Origin: Octopus bimaculoides
Taxonomy: Eukaryota
Assembly: GCF_001194135.2 (NCBI RefSeq)
Contig: NC_068989.1
Location: 51,702,303 to 51,766,302 of the forward strand
Reading direction: 5' to 3'
DNA: 64,000 bases
This document shows, piece by piece, positions 51,601 through 63,697 of the stretch (positions are counted from its first letter, which is position 1; each line of letters opens with the position of its first letter). The notes below the pieces were generated by a model. It was not told the DNA's origin and searched no databases. It saw only the letters and a program-made list of their open reading frames with translations. A program made the translations under genes and the position numbers.

Positions 51601-52185
51601 AATATTGTCATCTCTAATATTCTAGGAATCTTAAAAGTGCCCCGAATCCGTTCTCACAGTTTTCTCTATAGCTTGGTTGTATAAGATTATAGTCGGGAGT
51701 AGAAAGATCTTTAAGGAGGCAATCTGTGATACTTTTGGGCAGAGAGCAAATCTACATCTGTTGTGTTCGAACGATCTACTCAAATACGGCTATGCTTTAC
51801 CATGTATAATAGTAGGTCACTTGACAGCTCTTGTTCAGCTTGTCATCTATTTCCTAGAAAGCACATGTGCTTTACACTTATTATCTTGGAAGCAGGCTAG
51901 AGATCTCGATACGGTATATTTCTTAGCGGGATGAACTCTCCAAGATATGCTTAAATTGCTCTTAACATTCAGGTATAAGTTCCATTTAGATTTGACTCCA
52001 AATTCTTGTTAAGCGTCCAGGCTTTTACTCGGTATAAAAGGATTGACTTTACCGCTTCAAAGAAAAACTCCTTAAAGACCTCTCTACTTCCGACTATAAT
52101 CCTATGTAACTAAGTTATAGAGAAAACTGTGAGAACGGATTCGTGTCCCTTTTCATATTCTTAGAATATTAGGAATGGCAATATT
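51601..52185. mobile_element. Fold-back/MITE-like element with 118-bp inverted arms, flanked by (TA)n
   Basis: 51601-51718 and 52068-52185 are inverted, about 85% identical by hand count, with a 28-bp perfect block CGAATCCGTTCTCACAGTTTTCTCTATA. TA runs lie on both outer sides. Confidence 0.85.
51760..52066 (-). mobile_element. RTE-X-like LINE RT C-terminal fragment inside the inverted arms
   Basis: FFEAVKSILLYRVKAWTLNKNLESNLNGTYT*MLRAI...ELSSDLLLY matches FF.A.VES.LLYG.E.WTL...LE..LDG.YT.MLRA...DLLLW. Confidence 0.75.
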
Positions 52186-52789
52186 ATATATATATATNNN
52201 NNNNNNNCATGACTATATATATATATAGTCATGTTGTCTGGACTAGGTTGATTTTCAGACAACCTCCTGTTTATTGAGAGTCCATCATGTTTTGGCTATC
52301 AGACATGTTACATTCTTTTAAGTGAATTTATTTATTTATTTATTTTAAATATGTCTTTTAGCTTTAAAATATGCACGCTGCTATTAATCCTTCATCCCTA
52401 AATCGATATGCAATAGCAAAATTCATTACGGTTTTCGCTCTGGCCTATTGCCATCTGAGTTGAAATGATGCTGAGATCAACTTTACTCATCATATTTCTA
52501 GTAAGTACAGAAATGTAGTTTTTGTTATTTCATTCTGCTTTTCATTATTCTTTGCGTTGCTCATGCCGTATGTTACTGTTATAGCACAATATCATTATCC
52601 TCATTTTCATTATGGTCAATTCCGTCAATGCTATCAATATTATGACTATGTATTCATAGTGTTATGTTTCTTTCCTGGAGTATTTCCCTTCTAGAATGAA
52701 AACTTATGTTTACGTAATATTTTGCTTGTCGTACATAATATCAGTTTGAGTCAACTGCTTTTTTTTATTTAATCGTATTTCATTATTTA

Positions 52790-53890
52790 ATTAATAGTTC
52801 AAACAAATTATACGAGAAAATCGTTTATTCACCAAAATATATCCCATCATATTGTATTGTCTGTCATCATTATTGAGCCAGAATCTCAATTCCACATTTA
52901 TAACATTTGGCTGGTTTAGAAGAAAAACACTTCCTGAACCTATTTTCAACCTCATTCATATTGTTGAACCTCTGTCCTTGCAGGAAAAGTGCTATACCCC
53001 GGAAAAAGTTGATAATCTGATGGTGCAATGTCTTATCGGTTGGTAGAGTAAGACAAAACTTCCAGCCTCTCCAATTCCTCATGTTTGTGTTCGGTCACAT
53101 TGACAGTGTGTACTGAGATATTTTCATTATGTGCGAATGCCGAATAGCAGATTTTTCAAAGCTGCAGTACTTGAGGTAAGCATAGAGATTAACATTCACA
53201 GTGTGACCATCTATATCAAGCTCAAATAGAAACACGCCCTCGAAATTCGATCAAATACATTACATCACTTTCTATTCAAACCACCCATGTTTGCCAACAG
53301 GTTATGAAGCTTGGCCGGAGTGAAGCCACTCATTTTTCTTATTAGAATGACGAAACTAGATCCATTTTCCATCCCCGTTTACAGTTCCATTCCAAAATCC
53401 AATATCTCAAGGATTGGCCAGCAGTTGTGTACAATTATTCAACCGTCGTTGAGCCTAGTCACTGGTCAGTTTCTGAAAACTTTGGCAACAGGTTATGTTA
53501 ACAAGGCCGAGATTATGCATGTGGCGACTGATTGTGCTTTGTGAAGGATCAAGTTCTGTTGACAATGTTTGAGTGCTTTTGATTGCCTCTTGTTCAAGGC
53601 CTCAGTTTCCACAAAAGGAGGTCTCCCGGCCTTGGTTTGTCTTCGAGCTTCTTTGAAACGTCTTCGCCAGTTTTATGTCACACGCTTGGTGACAGTTACA
53701 GAGCTTTCTACATTAATTTCTTTTCCAGTACCCTTGTACTCGGTCGCTTTTCCCACAAGTAGCATCAAAATGGCTGTGAGTGCAATTTTCTTCACAAATC
53801 ATTATCAAAGTTGTAAAATAGAGAATAAAACATTCCTGTTTATATGTTACATAGGAAAATGAAGAATTAACAGTTCAGTAACAATTGTAT
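52790..53890 (-). pseudogene. Mariner transposase relic
   Basis: Minus strand gives WRRRFK..GRP, NGDGKWI (cf. TGDEKW), DIAPSDYQLF (cf. YSPDLAPSDYHLF) and GQRFNNMNEVEN...FSSKPAKCYKCGIEIL. Many frameshifts; the TIRs are eroded. Confidence 0.85.
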
Positions 53891-54464
53891 CAAATTGACG
53901 ATATAACATAGAGATACGATTTGCCAAGCATCGTTAAAGAGAACCTGAAACTATGCTTTGACTGAAACTGGTATATGTCTAGTTTTGTATAACAGTGGCG
54001 GGCGAGCAGATTAAGAGCTGTTGGTGTGTTATAGGTTGGTGTCATTACTCTTACGAAGCATTCATTCGGCTGCATATGTGCAATATTAAATTGTTTGGAG
54101 GCGCCATCTTATTGTTTGTCTGCTACCAGTTGTGTTAATTTATTACTGTATATTACACATAGTATATCTTGTAGTTTGAGTAGTGTTGGAGATTTCATTT
54201 GAATTGTCGTTATGTCATCTATGACTATCTTTTTGAGTATCTTTTTCGGTTTTTTGTATGTTTTTAATCATGCCTAGTTTTCCATATACTGTTTCTCTAT
54301 CTTTAGTTTCATGCATTATACCCCGTTTATTAAAGATCTACTTCCCTTGCAATTTGATTTTGACTACATATCCGGCAGTGTTTTCTGTAGTAGCGAGGGA
54401 TATGTGTATCATAGCATTAGGATTTTCGTTCCAGTAGATCATCGAACGGGATTATTTAGATCTA

Positions 54465-54719
54465 CAGTAATCCCTCGCCCTATCGCGGTTCACCTATCGC
54501 GGTCCAGCTATCGTGGTTCACCTATCGCGTTTCACCTATCGTGGTTTATTATTTAAGCTTACGTCGATTCCTCTGTGATTTTACTTTGTCTTTTTGATAA
54601 AATAAATACTTACAAATTATAAAAATAATAAAAAGAAATATACAGTACTGTTTCTACTTCACGGATTTTCACCTATCGCGGGGTGTTCTGGGGTGTAACA
54701 CCCTGTAGCGGGATTACTC
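54465..54719 (+). mobile_element. Tigger/pogo-like MITE with an internal 14-bp tandem repeat
   Basis: TA|CAGTAATCCCTC on the left and GCGGGATTACTC|TA on the right; five CCTATCGCGGTTCA-type units at 54479-54548. Confidence 0.75.
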
Positions 54720-56193
54720 TACTTGTCCGACTGCCAAATCATATCAAGATATCAAAGAGGCCGTACGATCGTGTAGTTCACGTGCATCTTTCTTTCCATT
54801 TCTTATCTATCTCAAAGTTACAATGTCAGCACAATGCCCTATAGATTTTAATGCCAAGTCTTTAATATTAGTTTCTGTTTAATCTTTGTTCGTTGTGTCA
54901 TTTCAATTTAGATTCAATATAAGTTGTTCAGACAGTTCTAATAATTTCTTATACATTTTCAGTTCCAATGTTTCGATTGATTTTGACACACTTAACTGAT
55001 TAGATATGAAAGAATGCTTACGTTTCTTATTTTTATATCATGTAACACGGTGATATTGATGATTGTTTCGAAACGCAACAATGAATTTACAACAAATTGA
55101 AGTTTCAGATAACAGCTTGTATTTCTTGTATATACTTTATTTTTTCATCACTGTGAGACAATTCAGTGCGTATGTATTTTGATTTGAAATCGATTTAATT
55201 ATTTTTTCTTCACTTAGTGTATGTGATTTTGATTTGCAGATTTCTTTCTTCATAAATAATTCTATTTAATATGTGTCAACTACACACGTACAAAATGTTT
55301 ATGTTGCACTAACATACTCGAGTATCGGTTCCTTCTTGGGTTCTAATATAGGCGAAAACATATTATCAATGCGTACCATACACAAGAATATAATAACATA
55401 TTTGCCATTATGCCATATCTGTTTTCTTACAGGAGCACATCCATATCTGGGGTTGTATTTTGATCCGCTCTAGATTATTAGGGGTAGTTTTGTTAGTGGA
55501 GGAAGTGTTTTACATACTACATTTTTCTGTATTTTTCCTCAACAAATGTAGCAAACAGTATTGTATAAATAACGTTTTTTTTTTCTTTTATCTATATCAT
55601 TTATCTTATACCGTGACCGGCTGAAGGAATGTCTATAACGTTGATAGTAAATTTTCTCCGATAATTTGTTTACATGTTACACATTTGTGATCAAAAAGAA
55701 AAATTGAAAAGCATTGATTCTGATGCAAATATATATATATCAGTTTTATGAGCTAACCTTAAACTTTCAATATAGTCGCAATTTTTCGTTCTCAACTAAA
55801 ATTCTGACGAGCTTCTCTATGTGTTTTTATGCCAGACATTTTCAGAAGTTCACTTTCACCTACACTCATAATCTCTTTTTGTTTTTGCTAAAATTAGAAA
55901 AAGTTATTAAATAACTATAGAATTCGAAATAGTTTCGAAAACAGTTTTTCTTCTTTTGACAAATATGGGTATTCTTTACTCCGAACTGACCGTGACGAGC
56001 ATCTTTGAGGAAGCGTGAAACAAATTATTCCGTTAAATTTCCTCTGGAATTTATCGCAGTTTGAAATATCGAGCAACAACAAATATGGACTAAAGACTTA
56101 CCACAAGAAGATGGTTTGTGCCATAAGTACAATCATGGCGTTAAACTTTGCAAAAGTATTCTGTAGTGGTTAGCGATTTTCTTCACTACTTCA

Positions 56194-56569
56194 GGGAGTG
56201 ACGACCCTGCCTGACACAAGTCCCGGGCTCAGCTGGCTCCGGCTGACAGTATCCGGTATGGACCCCTATCGAGGGTTACGAAAAGGAGACAACCTTCAAA
56301 GAAATCCGGAGTGGAGCCCCGTAGGCGGTTCAGTGTTCGACTCGACACTCTTCCAGCAGCTCCTGCAACCAAACTGGTGCCAAACGTAATGCTCTGCACT
56401 CCTTAGGACTATGTCAGGAAGGTCGAGAGAGAAATCCTGACGATTGGGCTACCCAGGATTTTCTTACATCTAGCCCAGGCCTGCGCAAAACTGGAGAGGT
56501 TATGAAATGTAAAAAACAGACTGGATTAGTTTATGCGCAACTCCATTGTCTCCCGACACAAAGGGATGC

Positions 56570-56599
<30 letters not shown>
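56194..56599 (+). mobile_element. RTE-related non-autonomous retroelement with (CAA)10 tail
   Basis: GC-rich body with AAATCCGGAGTGGAGCCCC, recalled from RTE 5' regions; ends TTATGCGCAACTCCATTGTC...GATGC(CAA)10. Confidence 0.55.
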
Positions 56600-56600
<1 letters not shown>

Positions 56601-57439
56601 CCTGTAACTCAATTTAGCATCCAATTTAAATCACATCATGGTCATAGACCATCGCCCTAGTTACGGTTCACCGATGAATTCCTTTTCATTAATGGATAAA
56701 TGCGGACAGCCGACTTGAATTTTAGCGCTTCACAGAAAACCGTGATTTTCTGCACACTTTAGCCTTTAAAATAGTCGCAAAAAGGCAAGTTCTTTTGTTG
56801 TTGTGGAACAACACGTATCACGTGAACACCATCACATATTCTAACAGAAATACTGTTTTATAGATAAGGCGGGAGCCTAAAAGATTCTCATTTGTTGTGC
56901 GTAGCTGAATGCGCCGAATAAAACTTAGGTGATGTCGGACACGCTGCAAAAATAATTAAAAAAAAATTTACTGGCAATAGGTATTACAAGTGGCAATATA
57001 ATACTAATTCGACGGAAGTTGCCAACGATTTGATGTTCAAATAGTTTAACTTTCACGACTCCAATAAACTTTCAGTTATCGAAAGGGGTATCATGAAGAG
57101 AAATATTTTTCGGAGGTAGCTAATGTCACGGCCTTGGAAGTGAAGCAGAATGAAAGGAGAGTTCCATTAGATTTATACCATATTTTTTGAGTGCTCTTCT
57201 TTTTCTTCTGTTTTTTTTTCCTTTAAAATGTTACAAGAAAACGAATCATGATGATATTTAATTTGTCTATGAAAGAAAGTAGGAACTTCAATGAACGTGT
57301 AGAGGTATCGTTCGTAAGGAAAGACTTTTCACACCTCGTCTCCATGGGGTGTCCTCAGTTAGACTAATATCGAGACAATGAGCCTGAAATCTGGAATGTT
57401 ACCAGGTGCTCACTGCGCCCTACCAGTCGGGCAACTGGA

Positions 57440-57560
57440 TAGATGATTTTCTATTTTAGACGTGCTAGTTACGAGGAAGAGTGACGGCGTAATCAAGAAG
57501 ACATTGGGTGTCGATATAAACGAGCTGATAAGATGTTTTCGGATATGTTTCCCGCGAAGA
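57440..57560 (+). mobile_element. Short PLE RT-thumb fragment
   Basis: FLFLDVLVTRKSDG matches LPFLDVLV.RK.DG of Penelope/Poseidon elements. Confidence 0.45.
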
Positions 57561-58096
57561 ATACCATGTGTAATTTCCAGAATTCATTGACTTAATATTG
57601 CTAACAAGAGGTGCTACTGGTTCGACATTAGCTTTACCTGCACGCTAGTGCTGTCAGACGGGCCTGCCGAAGATGCATGAACAGCATTGAAACTGTACTT
57701 GACTTGCTTCCAAGTTTACTGACTTATAATGTTATATCGAATAGTTGTCACGCGTGAGACAGATGGCTGTCAGTCGAGTTCATATTAGTGATTACACCAT
57801 CGCATTTCATTAACCAGGCAGAGAAGCAAATGACGATGCGTCGTGGATGAAGCCTCATCGATGTTTCAAGTTTTAATTGAAATGCAAAGTGATGGTCGAG
57901 AGAGTGAAATTATTCAAAAATTGATGAAGATAAGAAAATAGTCAGAGTGGATGGAACCGCTCTAAGTTCTAATTTCTAGATCGGAAAGCAAAAAGTATGG
58001 AGAACTCTAACCCTTCGTGTTCAGTGTTATTGGGAATGGTGGATTCCTATATTGGTCCAATAGGTAGTAGTGTGGCACAAGAATTATGTATATTTG

Positions 58097-58503
58097 AGTG
58101 ACTGTGTGGTAAGTAGCTTGCTTACCAACCACATGGTTCTGGGTTCAGTCCCACTGCGTGGTACCTTGGGTAAATGTCTTCTACTATAGCCTCGGGTCGA
58201 CCAAACCTTTGTGAGTGGATTTCGTAGACGGAAACTGAAAGAAGCCCGTCGTATATATGTATATATATATATATATATGTGTGTGTTTGTGTGTCTGTGT
58301 TTGTCCCCCCACCATCGCTTGACAACCGATGCTGGTGTGCTTACGTCCCCGTAATTTATCGGTTCGGCCAAAAGGGAGCTATAGAATAAGTACTAGGCTT
58401 ACAAAGAATAAGTCCTGCGGTCGATTTTCTCGACTAAAGGCGTTGCTCCAGCATGGCCGCAGTCACATGACTGAAACAAGTAAAAGAGTAAAGAGTAAGA
58501 GTA
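58097..58503 (+). mobile_element. tRNA-derived SINE, family B, full length
   Basis: A box GTGTGGTAAG, B box GGGTTCAGTCC, internal TA/TG microsatellite and tail GAAACAAGTAAAAGAGTAAAGAG. Confidence 0.93.
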
Positions 58504-59294
58504 ACCATAAATGCTTATTTTTAATTTTTTTTTTGTTTTGCTTATAATTTATTTCGTATACTTACATTTCAATTCATTTTTTATAATCTTTCGCTTCTTT
58601 GCCTATACGCCACAAATTACGACAGTTTTAGCATCATCACTCTTGTTCTTGCCCTTGTGGTAAAAAAAAAAGAACACTCAACAGCCACTCCATCATCGTC
58701 TTCATGTTCATTATCATCTACGTTACTCATGTTGTAGTTCTGATTGCAGTGATAATTATAGTTCATTACGTAATATTTTGGAGATACACTGTCAAAAGGA
58801 AATGTAGACGCCAATAAGTATATACTTCGTGCACAATCATTATACAACGAAATAATATAGATAGATTACCTTCTCAGTAGATGCGCATTATACATTAGGC
58901 TTTTACAGTAAAAAATATATTAATTCTCATATACATTTACTTGTGTAAAAATATCCATTTCATCGAGCAATGTTTTCAATACTGAATCTATATATTCGTT
59001 TGTATCAGCTGCTCAACAATTTAAAACCATGCAACTTGTTATCATTTAATATTTGATATTTAGGATGGTGTGTTAAATAGTTTCGAAAGTAAATACTTTC
59101 GAGTGTGCAACAACAATAAGACATGTAGTAGTTATTAATGTTCATGAATTCTTCTTTAGTTTACTACGTGCATACCTATTAATGGTAAATAGATTTATCC
59201 ATCAAAATATTTACGTATGAAGAAATTCTGTCCTATTCCGCTCTAAAATTATTTGACCAAAAATAAATATTTATATTGCTGAATATATCTAAGA

Positions 59295-59515
59295 TTACAT
59301 TATTTACATTATTTACAATTGACGGATATTTATCCTCATCTTGTTTGTTGGTAGCACAACGTTTCGGCTGATATACTCTCCGACCTTCATCAGGTGTCTT
59401 GAGGGAAATTTCGAACATAGGTTCTCATTCCTAAGGTATTTCTCCATGTTGTTGTTGTTATTATTATCATTATTATTATTATTATTATTATCATCATCAT
59501 TATTATTATTATTAA

Positions 59516-59554
<39 letters not shown>

Positions 59555-59666
59555 CATTATTATTATTATCATTATTATTATTATTATTATTCTGGTCACT
59601 GCTTGGAATCAAACTCAGAATCTTGGGGTTACTAGCTCGCGTTCTTAACCACTACGCCGTATGCCC
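59295..59666 (-). mobile_element. Composite SINE-like element: tRNA-Thr-like head + (AAT)n + hammerhead-bearing tail
   Basis: Minus strand: head 59666-59594 with A box GGCGTAGTGGTTAAG, loop CT-AGT-AA and B-box-like GAGTTTGATTCC; AAT tract 59590-59448; hammerhead 59398-59353. Confidence 0.85.
59353..59398 (-). ncRNA. Minimal type-I hammerhead ribozyme motif
   Basis: GACAC-CUGAUGA-A-GGUCG(gagaguauau)CAGCC-GAAAC-GUU-GUGCU. The core is intact, stem III is the palindrome AACGUU, and there is an extra A after A9. Stems I and II each carry mismatches in this copy. Confidence 0.7.
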
Positions 59667-59684
59667 TTGGGCAATTATGGGGTG

Positions 59685-60300
59685 AAGTTTAGCTTCAGGA
59701 TCAACACCACTAAACTCAACGCTATGGCTTCGATATGTTGATGGCACCTTTAAACTCAGGCCCCACCAAAAAGATGTCCAAGTGCCGTTAGATCACGTGA
59801 ACTCAATAAAGCCATCCATACAGTTCTAAATGGAAAAGGAAAAAGGCAATCAGCTACCAGTCCTGGACGTATTAATAACACGTACCTAGTATGGATTCAG
59901 ACATCCGTATAACGCAAGCCAAACTTCACTGGACGATACTTCAACTTCAATTTCCACCGTCCATACAGTGTAAGTAGAGGGATTTCTCAGTGCCTAAAAC
60001 ATCGTGCAAAGAATATAAGTAGTGATCGTGATACACACCATGAAGAAATCATCAAGCTCAGTAACAATCTATTAAGCATCAATTACCCCCAAAACATATC
60101 TACTCCAATTATGAAGAAAAGAGAGGATGAAACCGATAAACTGTCCACAGTCTGTCTACCCTATGAGAAAGTCCTCTCAGACAATATACAAAAGATATGC
60201 GGCCCATATGACATCAGTATTCAAGAGTAATACAACACTTCGCAGATATCTACTTCGAGTAAAACCATCAATAGAAGAGAATTTGACGAAAGACCGTGTG
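59685..60300 (+). mobile_element. Penelope/Poseidon-like PLE fragment (RT 3' half and thumb), 5'- and 3'-truncated
   Basis: LWLRYVDGTF, HVNSIKPSIQF*MEKEKGNQLPVLDVLITR, RKPNFTGRYFNF, CLKHRAKNIS, VCLPYEK and VFKSNTTLRRYL. Confidence 0.88.
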
Positions 60301-60406
60301 AGTACAGATAAAACAGTATCACATGAAATAACCAAGTGCATTTCAACAAAGAAACGTACCTATTCATTTTTCACACACACTTACAAAAACACACATCCAT
60401 GCTAAG

Positions 60407-61151
60407 TAAGGTGAATTTAAAGTTATTAATTAGTTATTGGATACTACACCAAGTGATAGGTTAGTACCTCCATACACTGGGTATTCCATCATCAGAGATG
60501 AAGTGAATATGTATGAAAGTTCTATTCAGGCTATTCACAGTTTATAAAGAAGTAAAATAGTAGATAGAAGATTAAACAGTAAAACAGAAGAGAGAGGAAT
60601 ACAGACAGGAGAATAAGGTCCCCAACTCATCTTATTCCAGAAGGTATGGAGGTTGGTCCGTACATCCGTGAATGTATAGGTCCTTAAGTATAATCCCAGG
60701 TAAATCCAGGCAATATTCTGGCAATATTTTGAATGTTGCATTCATGTTGAAGGAATATATTAAGTGCGTAGCTAGTAAGGAAATGGTCCCCCTGGGTATA
60801 TAGTCCACCAACATAAATGCAACATTGAAAATACTGCCAAAATACTGCCTGGATTCACCTGGGATTATACTTTAGGACGTATACCAGCACGGAAGTACGG
60901 ACCAACCTCCATGCCCTCTGGAATAAGATGAGCTGTGAACTTTATTCTCATGTAGGTATTCTTCTATCTACTGCTTTACTATTTATTCTTTTATGTATTA
61001 TTTTATTCCGGTATAAACCGTCAATTCCCTGATTAGACCATTCATACATACTCATTTTGTCTGTGATGACTGCTTACCCAGTGTATGGAAATGCTAATCG
61101 ATCACTTGGTTAGACATCCAATAATTAATTAATTACTTCAAATTCACCTTA
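60407..61151. mobile_element. 745-bp fold-back element (arms about 343 bp, 59-bp spacer), unclassified
   Basis: 60407-60749 is the diverged reverse complement of 60809-61151. Exact blocks include CTCATCTTATTCCAGA, ATGGAGGTTGGTCCGTAC, AAGTATAATCCCAGGT and TCCATACACTGGGTA. Confidence 0.9.
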
Positions 61152-61409
61152 TTCTAATTAGATATTCTAAATGACTTCATATACTCAAATTGTCTTGGTT
61201 TTTGTTCTTTTTTCTTCAAATATGTATATATATATATATATATATNNNNNNNNNNNNNNNNNNNNNNNNNNNNNNNNNNNNNNNNNNNNNNNNNNNNNNN
61301 NNNNNNNNNNNNNNNNNNNNNNNNNNNNNNNNNNNNNNNNNNNNNNNNNNNNNNNNNNNNNNNNNNNNNNNNNNNNNNNGTGTGTGTGTGTGCGTGTGTG
61401 TGTGTGTGT

Positions 61410-61452
<43 letters not shown>

Positions 61453-62462
61453 TAGTTAAAACTTGTGTATAAGCGTTAATTTCATTTTACCATTCTCATC
61501 TTTGTTATATGCACATATATATTTGTATATATTCATAAAAGTGTTATGGTGTTGCATAAAACTATACTAATATGTGTGGTGGAAATCGTTTTTATAACAC
61601 ATTATACTCCAGATATTTAACGAGCAGCATTTGGAGTAAAGTTAAAAAGCAAAATAACATAAATTACATGAAACGTAAACCATTTTCCTGATGACTAAGT
61701 CTTCTTTTCTCAGCTTTTCTTTAAACTTATAATAACACATCTATTCTGGTCTTCAGGCACTTCTTTCGCAATATATTAGATTAATGGGAATTCTATTGTT
61801 AAGTAAATGTTTATTTTATTACTGAAATGTAGAAAAATATGCTGACCTGGATCAATTCAATGAGGAGCTACACTTATTAATAATCTAAAATATTGTTATT
61901 TATAGTTTAATGTGGCAAAATGTAGTGTCTGTAGTAGTCATTTTGTTGCTAAGGGAATAATATAGCGAGATGACGTGAGCAAAGCTAATTTGACAAGTAT
62001 AGTAACATAAACCTGATATATGATTATTAGAGATGTATATTGCAATTTTCAACAGTCTTTTCCTTTTAGGCGATTTGCCATATCTCCTGTGATGGTGTTC
62101 AATTCACTGACAAGTATACATTAATCAACAAGATTTTGTGCAAATTTCTTAAACAAAAGAGATGTTTGCGTCGATTGCAGAACATAGTGACCAAGAAGGG
62201 AAAGCAATGCCAACTGTAAACAGATGGAAATTTATCTAAATAGTATGAAGTGTGCGAGCAGATTATCAATTTCGCTGAATGGTTTTTGGAATGTTTCTTG
62301 TTTAACGCTTACATTTGGTAATGTTTTATGTGAAATGCGTAGATTTCATGTAGATTCGTGCGTATATAAATACACACACACGCACATACAAGCACAATTG
62401 TGTGTGTTTATCTTCACATACACATACGCATACACACGCGCGCACACGCACACATACACACA

Positions 62463-62540
<78 letters not shown>

Positions 62541-62634
62541 AGTGAGGGAATACTCGACAAGTTTATTGTGAGTTACATGTATGGATCAAAACAGTCTGAT
62601 TCAAATTCGTTGGCTCTCTTGAGTTTCAAGTGTG

Positions 62635-63364
62635 ATGCTAATTTTCAGCTATTTTGAATTTGAATAACAGAAGTTGATTGTTATTACTGTAAGGTGGGAT
62701 ACGATTGGTCGAGGAAGGACACGCGATGTCATCGTTTGGTGTTAGTATAGTTAGTTGAAAAATACTGCATGGAGAACAGGAAATTGACCACATGGAGCAA
62801 TGGAAATAGACTACATGGTGATTAAGAAATCGGACAGGTTGTTGCGAGAAGCTGGAAGGGCGGCATGTGCAAATATATAGTTCTAATGGAGGTATGTAGA
62901 CTCGCTCATATTGTCTTGCGTGCATGTATGTACTGCTGTGAGCGTGCACATTTGTGCGTGGATGCGCATGCGCACACACAGAGCCATGCACGCACGCTTA
63001 CGCACACACACGTGCATATGCACACATGCACACACATACGCCCATTCACACCCATGCGTATTCATATGTACATATGTATATTCGCCTGCATGTAAGCATG
63101 CATACCAGTGTAGGTGCACGCACGCGTGCGTGTGCACATGTGCATTTGCGCGCGCGTGCGTGAGCATACACGCGCAAAACAAGCGTTCAGGATTTCCTGT
63201 TATCCACGTGGTCAATTTCCTGTTCATCATGCGGTATTTTCCATCTAACTATATCAACATCAAACTACGACACGAAGTGACCTTCCTCGACCAATCGTAT
63301 CCCAGTTTACGGTAATAACAATCAAATTCTGTCATTCAGATTCAAAATGGCTGACAATTAGTAT
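62635..63364. mobile_element. 730-bp fold-back/MITE-like element (173-bp arms) around a purine-pyrimidine microsatellite core
   Basis: 62635-62807 and 63192-63364 are inverted, about 83% identical by hand count, with a 24-bp perfect block TGGGATACGATTGGTCGAGGAAGG. Confidence 0.88.
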
Positions 63365-63697
63365 TGTTTCATCTCGAGTAATACATATAAAGCCATCACC
63401 TTAACATTTAACTGGAGAATTACTTTGTTCGTATTGGTGGGGTGCAGAGATTCCCGATGTGAAGATTAGGAATGACACCACTAGTTGGAGTTAATCATTT
63501 TTATCCACATTTCTTAATTTCAACCACATCACTTATTTCACATACTCAATTATATTGTAGGTATTTATTGTTTTACCATTCACTTCATTTTACTTGCATA
63601 ATTTTGTTGGCATTGAAGACGACGTTACACCTTGTGTGAATCAAGTAGCAAAGTTTGGACCTAGACTAATTTTAACCATTTTGTATATCTATCTTAC

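Noticed and set aside
57459-57570. Apparent exon after a strong acceptor TTTTCTATTTTAG
   Set aside because: The reading frame continues through the supposed acceptor as FLFLDVLVTRKSDG, a PLE RT motif, so it is transposon-derived.
57667-57700. CCGAAGA-TGC...GCA-TTGAAAC hammerhead-like motif
   Set aside because: The core is mutated (U4 to C), there are extra bases before GAAA, and stem I is absent.
59594-59666. Functional tRNA-Thr gene
   Set aside because: The anticodon stem and acceptor stem do not pair properly, the B box is mutated and there is no T-run terminator. It is a SINE head.
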